Shown here: piece by piece, positions 29,998 to 39,577 of the stretch | Numbering within the stretch: the first letter of the stretch is position 1 | Layout: every line of letters starts with the position of its first letter | Assembly (NCBI GenBank): GCA_039024555.1 | Contig: JBCCQQ010000001.1 | Location: 192,001 to 256,000 of the forward strand | Reading direction: 5' to 3' | From: Cyanobacteria bacterium P01_D01_bin.156 | Lineage (GTDB): Bacteria; Cyanobacteriota; Cyanobacteriia; Phormidesmidales; Phormidesmidaceae | DNA length: 64,000 nt | Notes under the pieces: generated by a model | What the model saw: only the letters and a program-made list of their open reading frames with translations | What the model was told of the DNA's origin: nothing | The model's database searches: none | Translations under genes and position numbers: made by a program

Positions 29998-31131
29998 ATG
30001 AGGCTGTTTTCTAGACCAAGGTTGATGATAGAAATTTTCGCAATCGGTCTTGGCAGCTGGGTTCTACCTGACGGTCACGCTTTGGCTAAAATCGGACAGG
30101 TGCCAGCTTTTGACGATAACAATGCAGTCACATCAGATCAGGTTGAAAGTCCGGCGACTCTTCGTCAACATGCTTTGGATCATGCTGAATCCGGTCACAC
30201 TCACAAGAGTCATATAAGTCCTAAAGATGAAGATAAGGATAGTGAGAACGCAGCCGAATCATATCCAGAGCAGATAAACCATGAGGATGATGCGGCAACT
30301 ATTATCGACGATGAACTAGGCATTTTACGGGTAAGATCGCGTCCCATTGGTATCGATGGTGAGTTGGGAGTGCTGCGAATTCGCCCCACGGAAGATGTTC
30401 CTTTAGAAGTTGAACCAGAACCCACCCGGCAAACCACAGTATTCCTCACTGGCCGGGCGAATGTCTTTGGCGGCAATAACCTGTTTCGTACCCCCAATCC
30501 AATTGATGATCGAATTTATCAAACTGGGTTGGGGGTTTTTGCGTTTCCAAAACTTGGAGACAAAACTAACTTGATTTTGAGTGCCGAAACAAATCTGGCT
30601 CGATACGAAGATCTCTCAGTTGTTGACTACAACGAAATTCAATTCCAAGCAGGTATTCGTCAACGATTGGGACGTCGCAGCTATGGACAGATTAACTGGC
30701 GTTATCAAAATCTCAGTACCCCAGGTAGCGATTCCTTCTTTTCAGCAAATTACGCGGAGTTACTACTCAGCCGTCGAGATATTCTGAATAACCGCACTTG
30801 GCTAGACGCATACTATCAAGCCCGCTTAAGCCTTAGCGATCCTGAAGAATTTAGCCGGTTTACCCAGATTGCAACGGGCTCGATCAACTATGGATTTAGT
30901 CCAACAACTCGAGTTAGCCTACTGTACCAACTCTTTCTAGATGACTACATAGAAACGCCCCGAAACGATACCTATCACCAGGTATTGGCACAATTTAGCC
31001 ACGACCTCTCGAGTACTACCCGATTTAGCCTATTTACCGGCGCTAGATTTGGTGACTCTTCACGAGCAACTGTCAACTTTGACGATATTATCTATGGGGC
31101 CAGTATGAATATCAACTTGCCGCTGTTTTAG
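29998..31131 (+). CDS. Putative outer-membrane beta-barrel protein
   Basis: N-terminal signal-like segment, acidic linker, alternating amphipathic aromatic-rich strands, C-terminal Y.ASMNINLPLF ending in Phe. Confidence 0.7.
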   Translation: MRLFSRPRLMIEIFAIGLGSWVLPDGHALAKIGQVPAFDDNNAVTSDQVESPATLRQHALDHAESGHTHKSHISPKDEDKDSENAAESYPEQINHEDDAATIIDDELGILRVRSRPIGIDGELGVLRIRPTEDVPLEVEPEPTRQTTVFLTGRANVFGGNNLFRTPNPIDDRIYQTGLGVFAFPKLGDKTNLILSAETNLARYEDLSVVDYNEIQFQAGIRQRLGRRSYGQINWRYQNLSTPGSDSFFSANYAELLLSRRDILNNRTWLDAYYQARLSLSDPEEFSRFTQIATGSINYGFSPTTRVSLLYQLFLDDYIETPRNDTYHQVLAQFSHDLSSTTRFSLFTGARFGDSSRATVNFDDIIYGASMNINLPLF

Positions 31132-31246
31132 AAAGATGCCGTCCTTAGAAAGATGCCGTCCTTAGAAAGATGCCGTCCTTAGAAAGATGCCGTCCTTAGA
31201 AAGATGCCGTCCTTAGAAAGATGCCGTCCTTAGGAAGATGCCGCCG
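31128..31246. repeat. 17-bp tandem repeat: 6 perfect copies + 1 degenerate
   Basis: TTAGAAAGATGCCGTCC at 31128, 31145, 31162, 31179, 31196, 31213; TTAGGAAGATGCCGCCG at 31230. Confidence 0.97.
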
Positions 31247-32336
31247 CCGATAAGTTGGGCTCTACTGCTTCTGCGAGCTGCTTGAGCATGGTCTGGGTAG
31301 TAGCAAAATCAACACAGGCATCTGTGATGCTTTGACCATAAACCAGTTCATCTAAATTCTCTGGAATTGCCTGACGCCCTGCGTAAATGTGGCTTTCAAT
31401 CATGACGCCAAGAACATGACGAGAGCCAGACTTCAGTTGATCAGAAATATTGTTCAATACAGTGGACTGTTGCTGGTGCTGTTTATTCGCATTCGCATGG
31501 CTACAGTCCACCATGAGACGGGGATTTAGACCCGCCTTGGAAAGCTGTTCAACGGCTTGAGCTACGCTCTGAGCGTCATAGTTAGGCCCATTCTTACCAC
31601 CTCGTAGAACTAGATGGCCATCCGGGTTACCTGTAGTCGCTACAATACTAGCTAACCCACTGTGATTAATGCCTAAGAAATGGTGGGAGCGACTGGCAGC
31701 CAACATGGCATTGGTAGCGGCCTGCAAGCTACCGTCCGTATTATTTTTGAAGCCTATGGGCATCGATAAACCAGAAGCCATTTCACGGTGGGTTTGGCTC
31801 TCTGTAGTACGAGCTCCAATCGCTGTCCAAGAAATCACATCAGCAATATATTGGGGAGTAATAGGGTCTAATAGCTCTGTTGCTGCTGGCAAACCCATTT
31901 CGGCTAAATCAATTAACAGCTGACGGGCCAAACGCAGACCATTGTTGATATCGTAGCTTCCATCTAAGTGAGGATCGTTGATTAGCCCTTTCCAACCGAT
32001 GTTGGTACGAGGTTTTTCGAAGTAAACCCGCATCACAATTTCAAGCTGGGGTGCGAGCGATTCACGTAATTTAACTAGACGAGCACCGTAATCACGAGCA
32101 GCAACAACATCATGAACTGAACAAGGACCCACGATTACTAAAAGTCGTCGATCTTCGTTGTAAAGAATATTTCGAATGCGATCGCGGGTTTGAGAAACCA
32201 AGGCTGCTGCTGGCTGTGTCAAGGGCAGCTCTGCATGGAGCAGTCCCGGACTGATCAGGGGTCGAGTTTCAACCACATGTAAATCTTGCGTTTGATGCAT
32301 AGCCAAGAAAGAGTTGTAATGAAAAGCTACCGACAC
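31230..32336 (-). CDS. aroF: DAHP synthase, class I-alpha (AroF/G/H type)
   Basis: IVGPCSVHD, MRVYFEKPRT.IGWKGLINDP, IGARTTESQ.HRE.ASG, VDCSHAN, YGQSITDAC; start may be at 32300. Confidence 0.92.
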   Translation of the reverse strand: MSVAFHYNSFLAMHQTQDLHVVETRPLISPGLLHAELPLTQPAAALVSQTRDRIRNILYNEDRRLLVIVGPCSVHDVVAARDYGARLVKLRESLAPQLEIVMRVYFEKPRTNIGWKGLINDPHLDGSYDINNGLRLARQLLIDLAEMGLPAATELLDPITPQYIADVISWTAIGARTTESQTHREMASGLSMPIGFKNNTDGSLQAATNAMLAASRSHHFLGINHSGLASIVATTGNPDGHLVLRGGKNGPNYDAQSVAQAVEQLSKAGLNPRLMVDCSHANANKQHQQQSTVLNNISDQLKSGSRHVLGVMIESHIYAGRQAIPENLDELVYGQSITDACVDFATTQTMLKQLAEAVEPNLSAAASS

Positions 32337-32426
32337 AGCCTAAGGGAAGGAAAGTCAGAGTTAATAGAAGCTTCCATGTCTATTTTGACAGGTCTTGAGC
32401 GCAACGAGTAAGAAGTCAACAATGAG

Positions 32427-32717
32427 TTAATCAGCCAATCTCTGAGCAAATACATCCCAAGCAATTGGAGGCTCTAAATATTGAGGACGGTTGGGATTAT
32501 AAGGACTTGCCAGACGATTAATCCTAACAATCGTTGCATCATCTGGCAGCACGGGAACATCTGGATCAAAAGATGTAGAGCGCGTTAACGAGCTAGAAAA
32601 CCCACGAAAAATCATTATTTCGTCTGCCTCGCCATTAATCTCAATCGTAACCAGCAATACCTCTCGAGGATGCTGAATCGTATACTGCTCAAGCTGCTTT
32701 TCAACGGATATCGCCAT
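32427..32717 (-). CDS. Conserved cyanobacterial/plastid hypothetical protein
   Basis: LEQYT...P.EVL...IFRGFSSSL...T.FDPD.PVLP...PYNP..P.Y. Confidence 0.8.
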   Translation of the reverse strand: MAISVEKQLEQYTIQHPREVLLVTIEINGEADEIMIFRGFSSSLTRSTSFDPDVPVLPDDATIVRINRLASPYNPNRPQYLEPPIAWDVFAQRLAD

Positions 32718-32744
32718 GATTCAAGACACCATCAAGAAGGCTAA

Positions 32745-33341
32745 TTACTGATTGAGAGCCGACCGTCCCTGCCGCCCCAGTTTGACAAATACAAAATAAC
32801 TCAAGGTCAAAATGTAGCTAATCAGACCTAAAATAGCCCAAAACCCAAGAAATCCAGGGGTAAATCCAGTGTGAAAAATTTGTCTAAAAAGCATTGGAGC
32901 CTCTAGCCAAACCTGGCAACTGGAACTTGCAAATACCTGCCGAGAAAAAGCACAGCGTAAGAAAAGAAGCTGGAAGAGAACACCTAAACCGCAATAAACG
33001 GTAATGCCCCATCGCCAAGATGTAAATGCAAGCTTAAGGGATGACATTGGCTGCTCTCGGATTTCTTCATTTAAGTCGGCCCAGAACCAAAGAGATAGGG
33101 GCATCAGCACCCTTGCCATGCAAGCTGTCAAAAAGCTAAAGGGCAATCCCGCAATCATTAGATACAGGGTAATGACCAACAAACTAGAGACTTTCCAATA
33201 AATCACTAGCATCAGCTGCAAAACCTCTGCCCTTGCAATCAGTGCCCAGCCTAACAATGTTAGTGGAAATAGCACTGTAAAAACGACGGCCAGACGATAG
33301 TCTGTCCAAACCAATGACTGTAGAAACGAAGGACTAGGCAT
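32745..33341 (-). CDS. DUF3177-family membrane protein
   Basis: LVWTDYRLAV.FT...PL.LL.WA, IYWKVSSLL.IT.YL, SLWFW.DLNEEI, LGRQGRSA. Confidence 0.85.
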   Translation of the reverse strand: MPSPSFLQSLVWTDYRLAVVFTVLFPLTLLGWALIARAEVLQLMLVIYWKVSSLLVITLYLMIAGLPFSFLTACMARVLMPLSLWFWADLNEEIREQPMSSLKLAFTSWRWGITVYCGLGVLFQLLFLRCAFSRQVFASSSCQVWLEAPMLFRQIFHTGFTPGFLGFWAILGLISYILTLSYFVFVKLGRQGRSALNQ

Positions 33342-33508
33342 AGAGTAATTACGATAGGCCTCAAAACGCTCCCTAGATTAACACCGTCGGGTTTCAAGTT
33401 AGCGACTTGAGAGATGCGTAGAAAATAACAGACATATTTGAGAGCTACATTTTGTGTAACCGCTGTATCCCCAATTCTTTAAGGATAGCTGCTAGCGCGG
33501 TATCGCTT

Positions 33509-33550
33509 AAAAGACAAAGACCAAGCTCCTAACGCGCAGGAACCTGGTCC
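33509..33550 (-). terminator. Probable intrinsic terminator of cp12
   Basis: Minus strand GGACCAGGTTCCT-loop-AGGAGCTTGGTCT (G-U pairs) followed by TTGTCTTTT. Confidence 0.6.
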
Positions 33551-33611
33551 TTAAAGTACCCAATCGACTAAATCTTAGAGCCAGCAATTTTCCGATGGTA
33601 CTGTCATAAAA

Positions 33612-33836
33612 TCAGTCTTCGTAAATACGGCACTCATCCGCTTCAGGATTCTCATCGCAGTAAGTTTCAAAGTTAGTCTTAGGCTTTTCAGATTCTCTCT
33701 GATGGGAGGCCTCAGCCTGCAGCTCCTCTACAGCATCCCAAGCCGCTGCACAGGCTTCGGAACCAGTACCGTCAGTGCTGCAAACATCACGGGCTGCCTT
33801 AATTTCCTCAGAAATTTTTTCTTGAATATCGCTCAT
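33612..33836 (-). CDS. cp12: Calvin cycle regulator CP12 (canonical, both Cys pairs)
   Basis: C...CAAAWDAVEELQAEASH; YCDENPEADECRIYED. Confidence 0.96.
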   Translation of the reverse strand: MSDIQEKISEEIKAARDVCSTDGTGSEACAAAWDAVEELQAEASHQRESEKPKTNFETYCDENPEADECRIYED

Positions 33837-34420
33837 AATTTATAGTCTGCCTTGACTTTCAACGAGGGTATGTAAATCGACTGTGTCCATGCTGCTACTT
33901 CTAGTCAGATGCTAAAACTCAAGCAAGATTAGCCTTATAGAATAGCTAACTCCAGATTTGGAGCATGCTTCCATGGTAACTTTGGTTTTTTAAAATCGGT
34001 TGTATCTAAAGAAGCATTTTGGAATTAAGGTATCGCCGACATTGCCGAGTCCTACAAGCAAAGCCCATGCAGCTTCTGAATCAACCATCTTGCAGATACA
34101 TTCCAACGACAGGAAAGATAACGAACTATTCACGTGATACCCATTCAAAATAGTTCCCATGCAAGATATTGAAACTTTTGCTGGTCGCCTAGGGCAGTCA
34201 TTATCTGATTCCTAGAGAATTTGTCCTAAGGCCAGGGTGTCTTGGAGCTAGACTGGTACTATCTGTAGCAATCTGGAGAATACATTTAACCTGTTAATGC
34301 AGCTTTAGTACTATCAATATTGATGGTTCAGAAAAGCACTGCCAGGGTTGGACCTGGAATCATAACGATAAGTTTCATTTTTGTAGAGTCTTGAGTTTGT
34401 TATCACCTGTACCAAATGCT

Positions 34421-35653
34421 ATGAAATGGGCAAGTGCCGTTTCCACCCATCCTTCACTGGAGCTGGCGCTGCGAGAGGTGATTGAACGGGTCCTGACCCA
34501 ATTAGAAACAGCACCCAATTTAGCCATTGTTTTTATTTCATCAGCGTTTGCTAGCGAATATTCTCGCGTGCTGCCCTTGCTGAAAGGTCCCCTTGGAGGA
34601 GCTCACATCATTGGTTGTAGTGGCAGTGGGGTGATTGGGAGTACCGCTGCAGGGCAACTGACGGAAGTGGAAGACGCAGCGGGCATCAGCTTGACAGTTG
34701 CTTATTTGCCAGATGTCAAGATTCAAGGGTTTCACTTATCAATTGACGAACTGCCAGACTTGGATAGCCCGCCTGGGGAATGGACAGAAATTATTGGCGT
34801 GTCACCAGCTGAACGCCCCAATTTTCTATTGATGGCTGACCCCTTTGCCTCTGGGATGAATGACCTTTTACAAGGATTGGATTTTGCTTACCCAGAATCA
34901 GTCAAGTTGGGTGGATTAGCGGGGATTGAAAGTATTAGTCGTAGCTGTGGTTTATTTTGTGGACAACAGCTGTATCGTCAAGGCGTCATTGGTGTTGCTT
35001 TATCAGGCAACATTACAATAGATGCTATCGTTGCCCAGGGATGTCGCCCTATTGGACCGACATTTCGAGTCGTTGACGGTGAGCGAAATGTGGTCAGTAA
35101 AGTAGTCGCTGCTCAAGGTGACCCCAGCGAGGCAACTGAGCAAACTCCACTAGAAGCACTACAAGAACTCTTTGATACTTTAGATGAAACAGATCGTCAG
35201 TTAGCCCAAGAATCCTTATTTATTGGGCTAGCCCAGAGTAGTTTCAAACAGTCTCTGAGGCAGGGAGACTTCTTAATTCGCAATCTAGTAGGCGTGGATC
35301 CCAAAGTAGGCGCCATTGCCATTGCTGATCGAATTCGTCCCGGACAGCGTATTCAGTTTCATCTACGCGATTCAACCACAGCCCAGGATGATTTAGCGAC
35401 TCTTCTAAAGAGCTATCAAATTAATAATCAGGAACGTGTGACTCCTTCTGGAGCACTACTTTTTGCCTGTAATGGACGTGGTACAAACTTATTCGGCACT
35501 CCAAACTGCGACACAGAACAGTTTACACAAACACTAGGACCTATTCCCATGGGAGGTTTCTTTTGTAGCGGTGAAATTGGACCGGTAGGGCAAACAACCT
35601 TTTTACACGGATTTACATCAGTATTTGGTATTTGTCGTGAACTAGATCATTAA
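34421..35653 (+). CDS. FIST / FIST_C domain signal transduction protein
   Basis: IGCSGSGVIG, ADPF, GGLA, VAQGCRPIG, FLIRNLVGVDP, QFHLRD, C.GRG..LFG, GFFCSGEIGPV. Confidence 0.9.
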   Translation: MKWASAVSTHPSLELALREVIERVLTQLETAPNLAIVFISSAFASEYSRVLPLLKGPLGGAHIIGCSGSGVIGSTAAGQLTEVEDAAGISLTVAYLPDVKIQGFHLSIDELPDLDSPPGEWTEIIGVSPAERPNFLLMADPFASGMNDLLQGLDFAYPESVKLGGLAGIESISRSCGLFCGQQLYRQGVIGVALSGNITIDAIVAQGCRPIGPTFRVVDGERNVVSKVVAAQGDPSEATEQTPLEALQELFDTLDETDRQLAQESLFIGLAQSSFKQSLRQGDFLIRNLVGVDPKVGAIAIADRIRPGQRIQFHLRDSTTAQDDLATLLKSYQINNQERVTPSGALLFACNGRGTNLFGTPNCDTEQFTQTLGPIPMGGFFCSGEIGPVGQTTFLHGFTSVFGICRELDH

Positions 35654-35695
35654 TTAGGGTTGACTGCTGAGGAGTGTACTGGCAGCTCAAATCAT

Positions 35696-36271
35696 CTACT
35701 GAACAGGCACATCACGGGCAGTTTCAATCGAAGATTCAATATTTGAGGCAGAGCCAAACAAGGTCAGCTGAGGCAGATGCTTCATAAAATGCCAAGATTG
35801 CTGCAGCCGTTGTCGCCCTTGAGAGGTGCTCAATTGACTCAGTCCCCCTAGGAGTGCGATCGCAGTAGTTCCAGCAACTGTCCAAAGCACAACCGATAGT
35901 GAAACTTTGCCCAGAAAGCCAGGCGTAGGTACCTTAAGAACTGATGTTTCTGACATAGGTATGGGAGCCCTACGAATAGCCTGCCTCAACATCAGCAGTT
36001 GTTGATACATTTGTTGAACAACTGGGTCATCTTTTATCCATTGCGTAACGAGTTGACGCTCTTCAGACGTCACTTCATCATCCATATAAGCACTCAGTAA
36101 TTCGAAACGTGTTTCTTCATCATAGAAATGGGTTATGGATGTCCAGGACACATCACCATTTCCAGTAGAAAAGTCATCACTACCGTTGTGCACATCTTGC
36201 AAGGGTTGATTTAAGGGACCACAGTTGCCAGATGTATCATCTTTGCGAGACTGACCATGACGAAAAAACAT
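35696..36271 (-). CDS. Anti-sigma-factor-like membrane protein
   Basis: RFELLSAYMDDEVT.EERQLV..W...D......YQQLL.LRQ followed by one TM helix. Confidence 0.7.
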   Translation of the reverse strand: MFFRHGQSRKDDTSGNCGPLNQPLQDVHNGSDDFSTGNGDVSWTSITHFYDEETRFELLSAYMDDEVTSEERQLVTQWIKDDPVVQQMYQQLLMLRQAIRRAPIPMSETSVLKVPTPGFLGKVSLSVVLWTVAGTTAIALLGGLSQLSTSQGRQRLQQSWHFMKHLPQLTLFGSASNIESSIETARDVPVQ

Positions 36272-36779
36272 AACGGTTGAATTTGAGTGACTAATGCCAC
36301 ATTCTCAAAGACGGACTTAACAGTACGTGCACTTGAAGAGATGACATTTCTTGGAACTTCCCTTGCAGAATCGGTGGCGTCTAACTTAGCACCGAAGCCC
36401 ATTAGTTATGATCAAAACCAGCTAACTTTGCAAAGAGGCACACTAAAGTAATGTAAGTAACGATTGATCAGACGTTAGGTTGAGGAAAAAGTATCCGGAA
36501 ATCCCAGAGTTTTTTAATTCAAACTAAATCAGGGATTAAGAAGTTGGGCTGATTTGCTTGATAATACAATCCTAGTTCTTGAAACAGCTACCGATGAAAT
36601 TAGTTCACTTTTCAAGACCCTGGAAATCACCTCCTCAGCTCTAGTTAGTCTGCCGCTCAACTAGTTTTGTGCTTTTTGATACGGTTTTACGCCAAAATCT
36701 TGGGGAACCTCCCCGACAGGATACATAACCACAGAAGATGGTAAGGGTATACTGGTTTCAGCCGTTTGCTTATCCGACC

Positions 36780-37220
36780 ATGCAGCACTTGGCCAAGGTT
36801 TGCCATACAACCTCTGAGGGAGAAATTGTTTTACAGTTTCTCGCACGTCAGCTAGAAGATTACCTATGGGAGCTATCTGTGGGTGATAAAGAGGTTGTGT
36901 CTACCCTACCAGTCACTTTCAATGAGGGAACATTGGTGCTAGTAGAACTAGATACCTCTAATCAAGTAGTTGATGTTCAAGAGGCAACGGACTGGATTCT
37001 TGACCTAGTATCAAAGTTTTTAACCCAAGGAGTCACGCCCCAATTTTTTCATCAAGAGGTGGAACGAGCGGAGCAGTGGCGACAATCCTTAACACTTCAA
37101 AGCCAAGAAATTCGCCGACGCGCATTAGAGACTGCCGCTCGCCGAGATGAAATTCAAGAATTAGAAAAAAAGCTACGTTTAGAGCAGGAAGAGCTAGAGC
37201 AAAAAAAGGATGAGTCATAA
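36780..37220 (+). CDS. Short protein resembling the N-terminal domain of the motility protein HmpF
   Basis: M.HLA.V...LA.Q....W...FNEG.LVLVELD...QV..VQEA...EQWRQSLT.QSQE..RR..E..AR, then coiled coil; ATG 36780 preferred over 36738. Confidence 0.65.
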   Translation: MQHLAKVCHTTSEGEIVLQFLARQLEDYLWELSVGDKEVVSTLPVTFNEGTLVLVELDTSNQVVDVQEATDWILDLVSKFLTQGVTPQFFHQEVERAEQWRQSLTLQSQEIRRRALETAARRDEIQELEKKLRLEQEELEQKKDES

Positions 37221-37262
37221 AATAACTCTTAACCTGCTCAAAACCTGCTCAAAATAGTGAAA

Positions 37263-39248
37263 TCAGACTGATTTTGATGCCGATAATGCCCTGACTGAAG
37301 TACTAGTTTGGGATACAGGTGATGTGTTAGGAACTAAAAATAAACTTCGCAATAATCTAGCCGCTGCCCTTTGAGCAAGATTACTAGCAACCCGTTGTCC
37401 CATCGCTCGAGTCTCAGACTTTGCGAGCACCTGCGGTACTAGTTTCACAACTGTGGCACCATTCATTCCCTTGGTCTCGCCCAAAAGCCCAAAGATGCGA
37501 CTAATATGCTCCCACTCCTTTCCACTAGTGGAATTCGTTGGATCATTATGGACAGCTGTGCGACTCTCAATAGAGTTCTGCAGACGTTTCAGTAAACCAT
37601 AGCCAAATTGATCAAGGCTTTTAGCCAGTTCGTCTGCAATGTGATCACGAATATGATCGCCCCGTTCCGAGAAAAGGTAATCAACTGTTTGTTGTAAAAC
37701 CTTTTCTAAATCATAGTCCTGACTGTTACGGGCATTGCGCAACAGGTTCTCAAGACGATTCCATCGAAAATCTCCATCTTTAAACAGAAGCTCTTGAAGG
37801 GACTGCCGTAACTCCGGTGCAGAATCGGTTAACAGGCGTTTTGCGACATAGGGGTAGGCCTTACTCAGTACCTTAAAGTCAGGATCGACACTGATGGCAA
37901 TTCCATCTAGGGTCACCAAGGAACGAATAATTAGCGCATAGTAGGCAGGTACTCTGAACGGATACTCGTACATCAGAGAAGAGAACTCATCCGTAATACT
38001 TTTAAGATTGAGCTCAGCCACTGTAGCGCCTAGGGCATTATTAAACACGCTGGCCAAGGCTGGAATGATAGGACTCAGATCCGTATCAGGTGTTAAAAAC
38101 TCTAGCTTTACGTAGTCTTGGGCTAAGCCTTCAAAATCACGATTGACCATATGAACGATGGCTTCGATGAGACCATAGCGCTGATAGCTTTCCACGGTAC
38201 ACATCATGCCGAAATCGAGATAGGCCAATTTGCCATCATCGGTAACCAGCAAATTACCAGGGTGAGGATCAGCATGAAAAAACCCATGCTCCAGTAGCTG
38301 GCGAAGGGAGCACTGTACACCAATCTCAACAATTTCAGTTGCCTTCAGACCTTTCGATTCCAGAATGTCTGGCTCAGTTAGTTTAGTACCATTGATCCAT
38401 TCCATCGTCAGCACCCGGCGCGCCGTCAACTCCGTGTAGATGCGCGGCACAATGATATCTGGGAGATACCCATACAAAGATTCAAAACGCTCAGCATTTT
38501 CTCCTTCATGGGTATAGTCCATCTCCTCAAAGATCCGGGTACCAAACTCGTCCATAATACTGACGAGGTCGCTACGCACCACACTGAGGTTATTACAAGC
38601 CCACTGAGCCATACGGCGAAGTAAGTATATATCGCGGGTAATCTGAGCAGTCAGCCCCGGACGTTGCACTTTAATGGCCACATCTTCCCCGGTTTTGAGC
38701 TTTCCCTTATAAACCTGACCTAGGGATGCAGCAGCAACGGGTTGAGACGACATTTCTGCATAAATTTCATCCGGTAGCTCACCCAAATCTTCCTTAATTA
38801 ACTTGAAGGCGATTTCATTGGGAAAGGGGGGAATCTGATCCTGCAGCTTGACCAATTCTTCCATGTAAGCTGGGGGAACTAAGTCAGGCCGTGTAGATAG
38901 GGCTTGACCAATTTTGATATATGCAGGCCCCAGCTTGGTTAGAACCTCCCGCAGTTGCACAGCCCGCTTCGATTCATTTTGAGCCTGATTACCAGTTTGT
39001 CGATCCCACAGCACCCCAAGACCAAACCCCAGAAACGTCCACACCAGCTCCACTAAGCGAAAAAGAATTTGCAACGGGCGGGAGCTGTAGTAACGTGCGA
39101 TCGCATCCGGATCGTAAATCAGAAAGTCCTCCAAAGATTGAACATGAGGGGTCTGACGATCATCATTCATACTGGAGAATGCGGGTGCAGCATGCATGGG
39201 CGATATCCTTAATATCTGCAGGAAGGCTTGACTTAGAGAGATGACCAT
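37263..39248 (-). CDS. ABC1/UbiB atypical kinase
   Basis: LGPAYIKIGQALSTRPD, AAASLGQVY, AIKVQRPG, FHADPHPGN, LDFGM. Confidence 0.93.
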   Translation of the reverse strand: MVISLSQAFLQILRISPMHAAPAFSSMNDDRQTPHVQSLEDFLIYDPDAIARYYSSRPLQILFRLVELVWTFLGFGLGVLWDRQTGNQAQNESKRAVQLREVLTKLGPAYIKIGQALSTRPDLVPPAYMEELVKLQDQIPPFPNEIAFKLIKEDLGELPDEIYAEMSSQPVAAASLGQVYKGKLKTGEDVAIKVQRPGLTAQITRDIYLLRRMAQWACNNLSVVRSDLVSIMDEFGTRIFEEMDYTHEGENAERFESLYGYLPDIIVPRIYTELTARRVLTMEWINGTKLTEPDILESKGLKATEIVEIGVQCSLRQLLEHGFFHADPHPGNLLVTDDGKLAYLDFGMMCTVESYQRYGLIEAIVHMVNRDFEGLAQDYVKLEFLTPDTDLSPIIPALASVFNNALGATVAELNLKSITDEFSSLMYEYPFRVPAYYALIIRSLVTLDGIAISVDPDFKVLSKAYPYVAKRLLTDSAPELRQSLQELLFKDGDFRWNRLENLLRNARNSQDYDLEKVLQQTVDYLFSERGDHIRDHIADELAKSLDQFGYGLLKRLQNSIESRTAVHNDPTNSTSGKEWEHISRIFGLLGETKGMNGATVVKLVPQVLAKSETRAMGQRVASNLAQRAAARLLRSLFLVPNTSPVSQTSTSVRALSASKSV

Positions 39249-39577
39249 AAACCCAGTGCAGTCAGCAAAGATACTTAGCCAACACTCAGCTCAATCATTG
39301 TTAACTATTGTAACAAGTTGATCCCGTTATCTCACTGGATTAACCATAAGTCCACAATAATTAGCTTCGCAGCTATATGTCAGTCGAACAAACCGAATCT
39401 GTAGATAGGGTTTGACAACTAAAGCCATTACAAAGAATTCTTTTGAACTCGCTCTTTAACCTTCACGGGAAAAAATCCACAGTAAAATTGGTTAGCTTAT
39501 TGTCGATGCTGTTACTGCCCGTTCCATACTGTGCCCTGGTTTAGTCACACCTGTTCAAACTCCCTATTTAGGAGGCA

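Noticed and set aside
31128..31246. Possible CRISPR array or iteron origin
   Set aside because: No spacers, no rep or cas gene; the unit matches the 3' end of aroF
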